From a bacterium (lineage in GTDB: Bacteria > UBA8248), in contig CBDBEV010000001.1 of the NCBI GenBank assembly GCA_965204535.1, positions 1,920,001 through 1,984,000 on the forward strand: 64,000 bases of DNA. The letters run 5' to 3'. A program made the position numbers and the translations under genes. This document shows positions 48,205 through 57,172 of this stretch, one piece after another. A model generated the notes under the pieces. That model ran no database searches. It saw only the letters and a program-made list of their open reading frames with translations, and was not told the origin of the DNA. The stretch's first letter is position 1, and each line of letters starts with the position of its first letter.

Positions 48205-49665
48205 TCAACCCGAACCCACCGCTTCCTCCCCGAAGCGCTCGATCGTCTCGAGCGTCTCGCGCACGTCGTCCCAGGTCGTGTTGTGATTGATGATGCAGAA
48301 CCGGAGCGCGAACTTCCCCTTGAGAAGGGTGGAGGACACGAACGCCTTGTCGTCCCAGAAGATGCGGGCGAGAACCGTTCTGTTAATCTCCTCCAGCGCT
48401 TCCTCGTCCAGGCCGGCCTCCGCCGGATTGACCCGGAAGCAAACGATGCCCAGCGAGACGGGTGTGAGCATCTCCAGATGCGGGCTTTCGCGAACATACG
48501 CCTCGGCACGCTCGGCCAGCTCCATGCCCCTGGAAACAGCGCGCCTGAACGCGACCATGCCGAAGGTCTGCACCGACATCCAGACCTTGAGCGCCCGGAA
48601 CGAGCGGCTCAGTTGCAGGCCGCGATCCGAGAAGTTGGGGTGGTTCGCGCCCCATATCGTGTCCTGGAGAATGTCGTGGCGCACCGCGAAGGCGCGCTCG
48701 AGCGTTTTCACGTCCTTCACGAGCAGGGCGCCCGCCTCGTAGGGCTGGAAGAACCACTTGTGCGCGTCCATCCCGATGGAATCGGCGCGCTCCATGCCGC
48801 TGAGGAGTTCCTTGCCCCACTCGGTGACGGTCGCGAAGCCGCCGTAGGCGGCGTCGACGTGCAGCCAGACCCCCTGCGCCTCGCAGAAATCCGCCATCTC
48901 CACAAGCGGATCGACGGCCCCCGTACTGGAGGCGCCCGCGTTGGCGCACACCGCGATGGGGTGGAGCCCCGCCGCGCGATCTTCCGCCACGGCGCGCGCG
49001 AGCGCTTCCATGTCCAGGCGGAAGCGTTCATCACACGGAAGAAGCCTGATGCGCTCGGGCCGAATACCGATGATGCGCGCCGCGCGGACGTGCGCGCTGT
49101 GGCTCTGATCGGCCATGTAGACGCTCGCGCGCTCGGGATGACCCGCCGCTTCGCGCGCCGCGACGAAGGCGTCCAGGCTCGCCGCCGACCCCCCGCTCGT
49201 GAAAAGCCCGCCCGCGCTCTCGGGGTAGCCGACCCAGCGCCGGAACCAGTCGATGACGACCAACTCCAACTGGCTCGGGCCGCTCGCGACCAGCCAGGTA
49301 CATTGATTGACGTGGAAGCCCGAGGCCATGAAGTCCGCCAGCACACCGGGCCAGGTGGGCGAGGAGGGGATGAAGCCGAAGAAGCGGGGATGATCGTTGC
49401 GCCCCGTGAGGGGAAGTATCTCACGCGCGGCGCGCTCCAGAACCTCCACCGCGGGCCGTCCGTCCTCGGGTGGAGCCTCCATCAGTTGTTTTTCGAGCTC
49501 CTGCTGAAAGTCTCCGTCCCAGGCGCCTTCCCCGGGGAGGTTTTCGGTTCGCTCCACCAGGAGTTCCGCCGCCCTGCGCGCCAGAGCGAGCATCGACTCG
49601 GGCGTCATGCGGAGGCCGTCGTCTCCAAAGTCCGACGCCTCTCTTCTCTCGGAACTCGCCATCAT
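48205..49665 (-). CDS. PLP-dependent group II decarboxylase (aromatic-L-amino-acid decarboxylase-like)
   Basis: HPRFFGFIP, WLHVDAAYGG, DAHKWFF, RALKVW; ATG after GGAGG. Confidence 0.9.
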   Translation of the reverse strand: MMASSERREASDFGDDGLRMTPESMLALARRAAELLVERTENLPGEGAWDGDFQQELEKQLMEAPPEDGRPAVEVLERAAREILPLTGRNDHPRFFGFIPSSPTWPGVLADFMASGFHVNQCTWLVASGPSQLELVVIDWFRRWVGYPESAGGLFTSGGSAASLDAFVAAREAAGHPERASVYMADQSHSAHVRAARIIGIRPERIRLLPCDERFRLDMEALARAVAEDRAAGLHPIAVCANAGASSTGAVDPLVEMADFCEAQGVWLHVDAAYGGFATVTEWGKELLSGMERADSIGMDAHKWFFQPYEAGALLVKDVKTLERAFAVRHDILQDTIWGANHPNFSDRGLQLSRSFRALKVWMSVQTFGMVAFRRAVSRGMELAERAEAYVRESPHLEMLTPVSLGIVCFRVNPAEAGLDEEALEEINRTVLARIFWDDKAFVSSTLLKGKFALRFCIINHNTTWDDVRETLETIERFGEEAVGSG

Positions 49666-49801
49666 GCCTCCACTGTCGTCCGGAACGATTGAAATACGTC
49701 GTGGGTCCAAGACGCCGGCGCAGGGCCCCGCCTCGCTCAACTCCCTTCACCGGAAGCTCGGACTTAAAGCGGAAATACCGGGATTTCTTCGATTCTATAT
49801 C

Positions 49802-49833
49802 TAACCACTATGGCCGATAACCACTATGGCCGA
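49802..49833. repeat. Perfect 16-bp tandem repeat (two copies)
   Basis: TAACCACTATGGCCGA twice in the divergent intergenic region. Confidence 0.9.
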
Positions 49834-50161
49834 CCGGCGTCACCCAGTCAAGAAAACTCCTAGGTATTCCATTCCCGCCGGAGCGCCGGCGGCATCCGGT
49901 CCAGGGCGCCGAAAGCGGTATTGCGCCAAAAACATGACTATGAGTTGCCAAACATGAAGAAATTCTATATCGTAGGGAGCGTATTTCTTGGAGATGCAGT
50001 TCTGAATGACTACGTTGCCTATCCAGGAATTCGGTGGATGGGCTTGCGTTCATGTGAGATAATAAGGTATTATCCTAGGCACGTTACGTTTGTTGCCCAT
50101 GCATACACTCTCGGGGTGTAGGGTCAGAGGAATCTCACGCTGTTGGGAGGCAGAGCCAGGC

Positions 50162-50500
50162 ATGGAAATTAAGACTGAGCAGGAAAGCGGGACGTTGGTC
50201 GTGCAGGTTGACGGCCGCATCGACGGCGCCACCGCCCCGGATTTCGAGAGCACCATCAAGAACGTAATCAGCGAAGACGACCGCGCCGTCATCGTTAATT
50301 TCGAGGGAGTCTCGTATATCAGCAGCGCCGGCCTCCGCGCCGTTCTTCTCGTCGCCAAGCAGCTTAGTCAAAGCAACACGAAGTTCGCCCTGTACGCGCT
50401 CGGAGAACTGACGCGCGAGGTTTTCGAGATATCCGGCTTCGACCGCATCATTCAGATCCACAACTCGAAAGCGGACGCCCTCGCCGCGACCGCGAACTGA
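50162..50500 (+). CDS. STAS-domain anti-sigma factor antagonist (RsbV/SpoIIAA-like)
   Basis: GRIDGATA, phospho-Ser motif YISSAGLR, VFEISGF. Confidence 0.93.
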   Translation: MEIKTEQESGTLVVQVDGRIDGATAPDFESTIKNVISEDDRAVIVNFEGVSYISSAGLRAVLLVAKQLSQSNTKFALYALGELTREVFEISGFDRIIQIHNSKADALAATAN

Positions 50501-50644
50501 CGGCCGGAGGCGAAGAAGGAAAAACCTTTTTTTCGCCGTCTGACCTCCTGGATTCGCGAGTCGCGGCTTTCGCCGTGCCCCCCAACCATCTTTCGTCTTC
50601 CTCGATATTTTCTCGAATCTTTTCGGGTAGGAAGTCAGCGCGGA

Positions 50645-52834
50645 TCACCGCGGCAATTCGACGATCATTTCCGTGAATTCGTCCGGCTCGGTTTCGACCC
50701 GTATGTTTCCCCCATGCTGACGAATAATGTCGCTGGATAGAGAAAGGCCGAGCCCGGTGCCCTTGTCCGTCGGCTTGGTCGTGAAGAAGGGGTTGAATAT
50801 CTTCTCGACGACCTCGGGCGGCATCCCGCTCCCGTTGTCGCGAATGCGGACCTCGATGCCGTCCGGCCTGCACCTGGTAACGAGCTTCAGCGTGGGATCG
50901 TAGCGCGGCGCATCTTCGGCGGCGGCGACTTTTTGCCGTTTCTCATGGGTGGCGTAGCAGGCGTTGCTCACCATGTTCAGGAAGACGCGGCCCAGATCCT
51001 GCGGAATGACCTCGCATTCCACCATATCCGGATCCAAATCCCAATCGAGCGTGAGGTTGAAATTCGGGTCTGCCGCCCGTGCGCTGTGGTAGGCGAGGCG
51101 CGCGTGTTCGTCGAGCAGGGTGTTGATGTTGGTCGGCTGCGCCTCTCCCGAACCCCTGCCCATCTGGAGCATGCTCTCCACGATGTTGTTGGCCCGCTCC
51201 CCGTGTTCGCGGATGCGCTGGAGGTTGCCGGTGAGGTCTTCTCCGATTTCGGTGATGAGCTCGATCGGATCCTCTTCGTCCTGCTTTTTCTCCTCCTTGT
51301 CCTCCTGCGGTTCCTGCCCGTTTTCCTGCCCGTTGCCGCCGTGAGCCGCCATCTTCTCCAACTCTTCCATCAACTCCTCCATCAGCTCTTCGGAGACTTC
51401 CGAGAAGTTCTTGATGAAGTTCAGCGGATTTCTGATCTCGTGAGCCACGCCCGCCGTCAATTCACCGAGCGCCGCGAGTTTCTCGCGCATGACAATCTGA
51501 TCCTGCGCCTTTTCCAGATCGCCGAGCGCGCTTTCGAGTTCTTCGTTTTTGCCCTTGATCTCCTCGGCCAGTTTCTCCACCAGGTTGAGGCGCTGCACCT
51601 CCAGGGCATGGCGGCGGAAGATTTCGAGCGCGGCGGCCATTTCCGCGACTTCATCCTGCCCGCCGATATCGACTTTCTCCTCCAGATCGCCGTCGGCCAT
51701 GCGGCGCATGCGGTCCGAGAGCCGCCCGAGCCGACGCGAAAGCACACGGCCGATGAACAGCCAGCCGATCAGCACGGCGCCGATGAAACTGATGGCGCTC
51801 AGCGCGAGCAGGATGTTGCTGCCGGTGCTGATGGCCTGGGCGGAATCCTGGGTGGCCTGCTTCGCGCTCTTGCGGGCCGTGCCCACCAGCGTTTCGGTGG
51901 CGGCCAGAATTTTCGCTTCCTGAGATTCGTGAAACGCGAGCAACTCGCCCTGTTTCCTCTCGAGCGCCAGTTCACGCGCGCGCAGATTGAAACCTCCATC
52001 CTCCCCGATGCTCAACTCGATCATCTGTTCGAAGAGAGGCTCGAGAGCCGCGCGCACCGGAACCTTTCCAAGCGCGTTCATACGCCGCCGGATACCGCGC
52101 GCCGTGGCCTCGAAGCGCTCGCGCAACGGCTCGATCTGGGCGGCGTCCGATACGCTGAAAGCGGTAGCGAGAAGCTGGGTCGCGATAGTGGCGTCCGACC
52201 GCAAGCCGGCGATGTAGCGGTAGAGGTTAAACCCCTCCTCCGAGAAGTGCTTTTCACGGGGAACGGGCGCCGCGCCGATTTTGCCGTAACCCGTCATCGC
52301 GTAGAACAACTGATCGTCGATGGCGGGAACCATGACGTTGTTCAGCTCCTTGCGCACCCATGTGAGCTGGAGTTGGAGGGTATCGCGCAGATCGGTGAGA
52401 TTGAAGCGTTGCAGCACCAATCGTTTGATGGCATTGAGGTTCTCTATCAGCACGTCTCCGAGTTTCTTGATGCGCAAAGAGATTTCCTCATTCCCTTCCT
52501 GGCGAATCAGCGCCGCAAGCGCCGTCTCGAACGCCTCCTGGTCCTTGGCGACCTCGGTGGCTATTTGGTCCAGGATGTCAGGGTTCACCACCGCGGCCAG
52601 CCGCGGCGCGGCGGCCACCAGGGCGGTGCTCTCCTGGGCGATTCCGAAGGCGCTCGCCAGGAACGGGACGGTGCCTTCGTTCACGCGGTTCTGCACCTCG
52701 CCCACGAACCCGAACGAGACCCATGCAACCACGCTCGCGATGACGGTGAGAGAAGCGGCGGCGCCGATGCTGAGGTAGAGTTGCGTCGATATCTGGTAAC
52801 GCTTGTCCAGGAGGTTCTTCAGCGCGCTTTTCAT
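50645..52834 (-). CDS. Membrane sensor histidine kinase (large helical periplasmic domain, HAMP, HisKA, HATPase)
   Basis: Two TM helices, HAMP GDL..GQDEVAEM, H-box GVAHEIRNPL, NMVSNA, DNGSG, FFTTK, GTGLGL. Confidence 0.93.
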   Translation of the reverse strand: MKSALKNLLDKRYQISTQLYLSIGAAASLTVIASVVAWVSFGFVGEVQNRVNEGTVPFLASAFGIAQESTALVAAAPRLAAVVNPDILDQIATEVAKDQEAFETALAALIRQEGNEEISLRIKKLGDVLIENLNAIKRLVLQRFNLTDLRDTLQLQLTWVRKELNNVMVPAIDDQLFYAMTGYGKIGAAPVPREKHFSEEGFNLYRYIAGLRSDATIATQLLATAFSVSDAAQIEPLRERFEATARGIRRRMNALGKVPVRAALEPLFEQMIELSIGEDGGFNLRARELALERKQGELLAFHESQEAKILAATETLVGTARKSAKQATQDSAQAISTGSNILLALSAISFIGAVLIGWLFIGRVLSRRLGRLSDRMRRMADGDLEEKVDIGGQDEVAEMAAALEIFRRHALEVQRLNLVEKLAEEIKGKNEELESALGDLEKAQDQIVMREKLAALGELTAGVAHEIRNPLNFIKNFSEVSEELMEELMEELEKMAAHGGNGQENGQEPQEDKEEKKQDEEDPIELITEIGEDLTGNLQRIREHGERANNIVESMLQMGRGSGEAQPTNINTLLDEHARLAYHSARAADPNFNLTLDWDLDPDMVECEVIPQDLGRVFLNMVSNACYATHEKRQKVAAAEDAPRYDPTLKLVTRCRPDGIEVRIRDNGSGMPPEVVEKIFNPFFTTKPTDKGTGLGLSLSSDIIRQHGGNIRVETEPDEFTEMIVELPR

Positions 52835-54018
52835 CTTTTCTCCGGCCGCCGGATTTTTTCGGTTGGGATGTAGCGGCCGCCCTCGCCGACGACGGTGAGG
52901 AAAACGGCGTCCGACCCCTGGTTGTCGTCTTTGCCGAAGCGGAGCTTGAATCCGCCGAGGTCGATGGTGGCCGCGCGTCGCAGGCTTTTCAGAAGACAGT
53001 TGCGGTCGGGCTTGCGCCCGCACAACTCGAGGGCGCGAATGGCCAGTCTGCCGGCCATGTAGCCCTCGAATGAGACGAAGCTGGGAGTCGCGCCAGGTTT
53101 GTGAGTCTCCAGGTCCCGCCGGTAGTCGGCCGCGATCTCGAGATTCTCCATTGTCGGGAACGGAACCACCTGCGTGACGTAGATACCGACGCCGGCGGGG
53201 CCGAGTTCACGCACGAGCGCATTGCTGCCCACGAAGGATATTGTTACGAAAATCGGATTGAACCCCGTATGGCGCGCCCAGGCGATGAAGGAGGCGACCG
53301 GTTTGTAGGCCCCCACGAGGACCACCGCTTCGGGGTCCGCGCGCCTGATGTCGAGCAGGGCCGTTTTGACCGCCGTCGTATTCCGTGGATAGACTCCGGT
53401 GACCGCCGGTTTCAGGTTTCGTCGCTCCAGGGCGCGGCGAACGCCCCGGTAGCCCGCCAGACCGAAGGAATCGTTCTGGTAAAGCACGGCGATCTTCTTG
53501 ACGTCCAAGTCCTTGATCAGGCGATCCACTATCTCCTCGGTCTCCTGGAAATAGGAGGCCCGCAGGTTGATCACGTTCTTCCATTTGGGATCGCGCAAGA
53601 AGGCGGCGCCGGTGAAGGGCGCGATGTAGGGGACGTTCGCTTTTGCAGCGACTGGCGTGGCCGAGCGCGAGGTGGGCGTGCCGACGGCCCCGATGAGCGC
53701 GAAAACCTTGCTCTTCTCTATCAGCCGGCGGGTGTTCAGGATGGCGGCTTCGGGCTCATACGCATCGTCGAGGGATGTGAGTTCGAGCCGGCGTCCGTGA
53801 ACGCCGCCGCGCTCGTTCGCCGTGCGAAAGGCGGCTTCGACCCCGAGACGCATCTCCTCGCCCAGAACACTCGCGGGACCGGTGAAGGCGGCGGATTGAC
53901 CGAAAAGAATCCGGTCAGGAGAAACCCCGGGCACGGCCGCCTGCGCCCCCGACGCCGAGCAGATTATCGCTGCAGCAAGGAGGATAAACGCCCGGCAGAT
54001 TCGGAGTGGGAGGCTCAT
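52831..54018 (-). CDS. Periplasmic substrate-binding protein (LivJ-like) with no transporter nearby
   Basis: Signal peptide; GGVHGRRLEL..LDDAYEP, GAVGTPT, YQNDSFG; 4-nt overlap with the HK start. Confidence 0.9.
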   Translation of the reverse strand: MSLPLRICRAFILLAAAIICSASGAQAAVPGVSPDRILFGQSAAFTGPASVLGEEMRLGVEAAFRTANERGGVHGRRLELTSLDDAYEPEAAILNTRRLIEKSKVFALIGAVGTPTSRSATPVAAKANVPYIAPFTGAAFLRDPKWKNVINLRASYFQETEEIVDRLIKDLDVKKIAVLYQNDSFGLAGYRGVRRALERRNLKPAVTGVYPRNTTAVKTALLDIRRADPEAVVLVGAYKPVASFIAWARHTGFNPIFVTISFVGSNALVRELGPAGVGIYVTQVVPFPTMENLEIAADYRRDLETHKPGATPSFVSFEGYMAGRLAIRALELCGRKPDRNCLLKSLRRAATIDLGGFKLRFGKDDNQGSDAVFLTVVGEGGRYIPTEKIRRPEKR

Positions 54019-54434
54019 TCACTCCTCCGCTTGACAAGGCGCATATGGTTCTTGTTCTCCTCCCGTCGATAAGTCACATCGTCCATCATCGTCCGCACCA
54101 GGTGGATGCCGAGCCCGCCCACGGCGCGGTCTTCGATGCCCGAGTCGGTGTCCGGTTCGGGCGCGTCGGTCAGGGGATCGAACGGACGGCCGTCGTCGAT
54201 GATATCGATGATCACCGCCTCCGCGTCCGAGATGAGTTCGATGCTGATTTCCCCCCTTCCGCCTTCGCTACCATGATGCACGGCGTTGAGAATCAGCTCT
54301 TCGAGCACGAGGTCGACCTGGAATTCGATGTCGGGCGGCCAGTCCTGCTCCCGGCTGAATTCCCCGATGGCGGACTGGATGCGCGGGAGATCCGAGGCTT
54401 CGAATCCCATTGTCAAAGAAAGTTTCGCGCTCAT
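54015..54434 (-). CDS. RsbW/SpoIIAB-like anti-sigma factor Ser kinase
   Basis: EELILNAVHHG (N box), DDGRPFDP, GGLGIHLV. Confidence 0.92.
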   Translation of the reverse strand: MSAKLSLTMGFEASDLPRIQSAIGEFSREQDWPPDIEFQVDLVLEELILNAVHHGSEGGRGEISIELISDAEAVIIDIIDDGRPFDPLTDAPEPDTDSGIEDRAVGGLGIHLVRTMMDDVTYRREENKNHMRLVKRRSE

Positions 54435-55648
54435 TCACTCACTCCACGGCGAAAAAGGGTCAGGCAAGTAATATCATCGAATTGAGGCGCTTTGCCCGCG
54501 AATTCCTTTACATCCTCAAAAACCTTCGTGTTGATCTCCCGGGCCGAGGCCGGCGACGCCCCCCCCAGAATCTCCCGGAGGCGGTCGAGGCCGAACTGAT
54601 CGGTCTTCTCGTTCTCCGCCTCCGTGACGCCGTCGGTGTAGAGAACGAGGGCCTCACCGGGGGCGAGAGTCGCATTGTACATGTCGTAACTGAACTCGGG
54701 CGCGATCCCGAGGGCGACTCCCGGATCCTGGGAAAGCAGGCTCGATGAGCCGTCGGCGTGAAGGACGAGCGGGGGGTTGTGCCCGCCGTTGGCGTAGACG
54801 AGTTCCCCGGACGTGGAGTCGTAAATGGCGAAAAAGACGGTGACGAACATCGCGGCGTCGTTGTTCTCCTGAAGCAGGCGGTTCACCTCGCTCAACACAT
54901 CACCGGGCCGGAGCAGACGGTTCACCTCGCCGAGCACGTCGCCCGGATTGGCGCGAGCGACAGCGACGCTGTTGAGCAGCGTGCGGCTCGACATCATGAA
55001 AAGGGCGGCGGGCACCCCCTTGCCGGAAACGTCGGCGACCGTGATGCCGATGCGGCCGTCGGAAAGGTCTATCACGTCGAAGAAATCACCCCCCACGTCG
55101 CGGGCGGGCTCCATGCCCCCGAATATCTCGTAGTGGGGGCTTTCGGGGAATTTCGTCGGCAGAATCGATTGCTGCATCTTGCTGGCCAGGTCGAGGTCGC
55201 TCCTCAAGGCGACGAGCTTGTCGCGCGCCTCGAGCGCTTCGCGCAGCATGGCGAGGTGCTCCAGGGTCCGTTCTATGGTGATCCGCAAATCCTCGAAATC
55301 GATCGGCTTGGTGACGAAGTCGAAGGCGCCCCTGTTCATCGCCGTGCGGATGTTCTTCATGTCTCCATACGCCGAAACCACTACGGAGCGCACGTTGGGG
55401 TCGACCGAGGGGATTTGCTTGAGCAGGGTGAGGCCGTCCATCTCCGGCATGTTGATGTCCGTGAGCACCATGTCGATAGGGTCGCCGCCATCGTTATCGT
55501 TCAAGCGCTCAAGCGCTTCGACCCCGTTGCGGGCGAAGACGAACGAATAGCGGCCTCTTCGTATCTCGCGCCGCATGCGCTGTAACACGAGCTGCTCGAG
55601 ATCGGGCTCGTCGTCGACCACGAGTATCCTGTGGGGTTCCTCCATCAC
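54431..55648 (-). CDS. REC-SpoIIE/PP2C phosphatase (RsbU/RsbP-like)
   Basis: REC domain VVDDE..DINMP..KP; VGGDFFD, ADVSGKG, NGGHNPP, LYTDGVTE, DDIT. Confidence 0.93.
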   Translation of the reverse strand: MMEEPHRILVVDDEPDLEQLVLQRMRREIRRGRYSFVFARNGVEALERLNDNDGGDPIDMVLTDINMPEMDGLTLLKQIPSVDPNVRSVVVSAYGDMKNIRTAMNRGAFDFVTKPIDFEDLRITIERTLEHLAMLREALEARDKLVALRSDLDLASKMQQSILPTKFPESPHYEIFGGMEPARDVGGDFFDVIDLSDGRIGITVADVSGKGVPAALFMMSSRTLLNSVAVARANPGDVLGEVNRLLRPGDVLSEVNRLLQENNDAAMFVTVFFAIYDSTSGELVYANGGHNPPLVLHADGSSSLLSQDPGVALGIAPEFSYDMYNATLAPGEALVLYTDGVTEAENEKTDQFGLDRLREILGGASPASAREINTKVFEDVKEFAGKAPQFDDITCLTLFRRGVSE

Positions 55649-56085
55649 GGCCTCCCTTCCGCCAACATCTTGTCGCGCGCCTCGAAGGCTTCCCGCATCG
55701 ACTTGAGATGCTCCAAAGACTTCTCGATGGTAAGCCGCAAGTCCTCGAAATCAATCGGCTTGTTCAGGAAATCGAATGCGCCCCTGTTCATCGCCGTACG
55801 GATGTTCTTCATGTCCCCATACGCCGAGACGATGACACAGCGGAGCTTGGGGTCGAAAGCGGGGATTTGCTCGAGCAGGGTGAGGCCGTCCATCTCCGGC
55901 ATGTTGATGTCCGTGATGACGATGTCGATTTCATCGTCATTGTTTAAGCGCTCTAGCGCTTCGACCCCGTTGCGGGCGAAGACGAACGAATAGCGGCCGC
56001 TGCGAATTTCGCGCCGCATGCGCTGCAGCACCAGACCTTCAAGATCGGGTTCATCGTCGACTACGAGTATCCTGTGCGAATCCAT
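55645..56085 (-). CDS. Single-domain response regulator, close paralogue of the RsbU REC domain
   Basis: RILVVDDEPDLE..VLQRMRREIR.GRYSFVFARNGVEALERLN and SAYGDMKNIRTAMNRGAFDF are shared almost verbatim with the downstream gene. Confidence 0.9.
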   Translation of the reverse strand: MDSHRILVVDDEPDLEGLVLQRMRREIRSGRYSFVFARNGVEALERLNNDDEIDIVITDINMPEMDGLTLLEQIPAFDPKLRCVIVSAYGDMKNIRTAMNRGAFDFLNKPIDFEDLRLTIEKSLEHLKSMREAFEARDKMLAEGRP

Positions 56086-56478
56086 CGTCCGGGTCTCTCC
56101 ACCGCTTAGACTTAATCCGACCAACGATCAAGCACTTTCGAATTCCAGCTAAATGTATATAAGACTCACGCGGCGCGCAACTCATTTCTCACTCCGCCTC
56201 GTGCCCGAACGAACCTGCGCGGCGGCCTGCAACCCCCTGAAACCATGGCTTCACCGGCGCCCGCTCCCGGCATGAGGCCGCTCGGCCGCCGGATTTCGTC
56301 CATACCGGTTTCTCTTCCCGCGAGCATCCAGACCTCCTGAACCCATGAGGCGATTCCGCGCCGAATGTGGGTAAAGCGGCGAAAATTTCATCCGCCGCCC
56401 GGTTGTCCAGGCCCTCGGGTTCGCGTATCTTGGGGGACGAAGTGCCGCCATGCGCGAACCACCAGAGGAATCCCTGCT

Positions 56479-57066
56479 TTGACCCGTAAACCCAAAAGTA
56501 AAAAGAAAGGCGCAAGAGCCGCCGGAAGAAGGGCTCCGCGCCCGGCGAGAACCATTGGCTCGAAGAAGAAAAGCACCGCCCCGTTCGTGTGGGCGATCGT
56601 CATCGCCGCGGTCGTAATCGGCATCTACTACTTTACGGGCGCATCGGCGAACAAGGCGCGCGACGTGCCTTCCCTCGGCAACCGCCACATCCGCGTGGGC
56701 ACGAGCGGCGCCGTCGCCTACAACACGGACCCCCCCACATCGGGGCCTCACTATCCGACCATCGTCCCATGGGGCGTGCACTGGAAGCCGATCGACAAAG
56801 GTTTTCAAGTCCATAACCTCGAAGACGGCGGCGTGCTGGTGCAGTATGGCTGCGGCGATTGCCCCGAACTCGTGAAAAAACTCGAGAAAATCGTACGCGG
56901 CTACCCGAAGTTCGTCATCCTCGCCCCGTACCCGTCGATGAAACACAGAATCGCGCTCACCGCCTGGGGCAAGATAGATACGCTGGAGACTTTTGATGAG
57001 AAGCGCATCACCGCCTTCATCGACGCCTATCGCGGCCTCGACCACCACCCACGGGGGAGGAGATAG
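56479..57066 (+). CDS. DUF3105-like membrane-anchored protein
   Basis: One TM helix; YNTDPPTSGPHY, VHNLEDGGV, IALTAWG. Confidence 0.8.
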   Translation: MTRKPKSKKKGARAAGRRAPRPARTIGSKKKSTAPFVWAIVIAAVVIGIYYFTGASANKARDVPSLGNRHIRVGTSGAVAYNTDPPTSGPHYPTIVPWGVHWKPIDKGFQVHNLEDGGVLVQYGCGDCPELVKKLEKIVRGYPKFVILAPYPSMKHRIALTAWGKIDTLETFDEKRITAFIDAYRGLDHHPRGRR

Positions 57067-57172
57067 GGGTTCCGAAGGGAATGACATGCTTCGGTTGACG
57101 ACTTCTTTTCGCCGGTCGATTCGGAGGCGGCCGCCCCGCAAGATGCGTTGGGGATGACTCCCGGGCGCGCCC

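Noticed and set aside
49921-50121. Small ORF upstream of the STAS gene
   Set aside because: Atypical codon usage, no motif and no clear RBS; treated as promoter region
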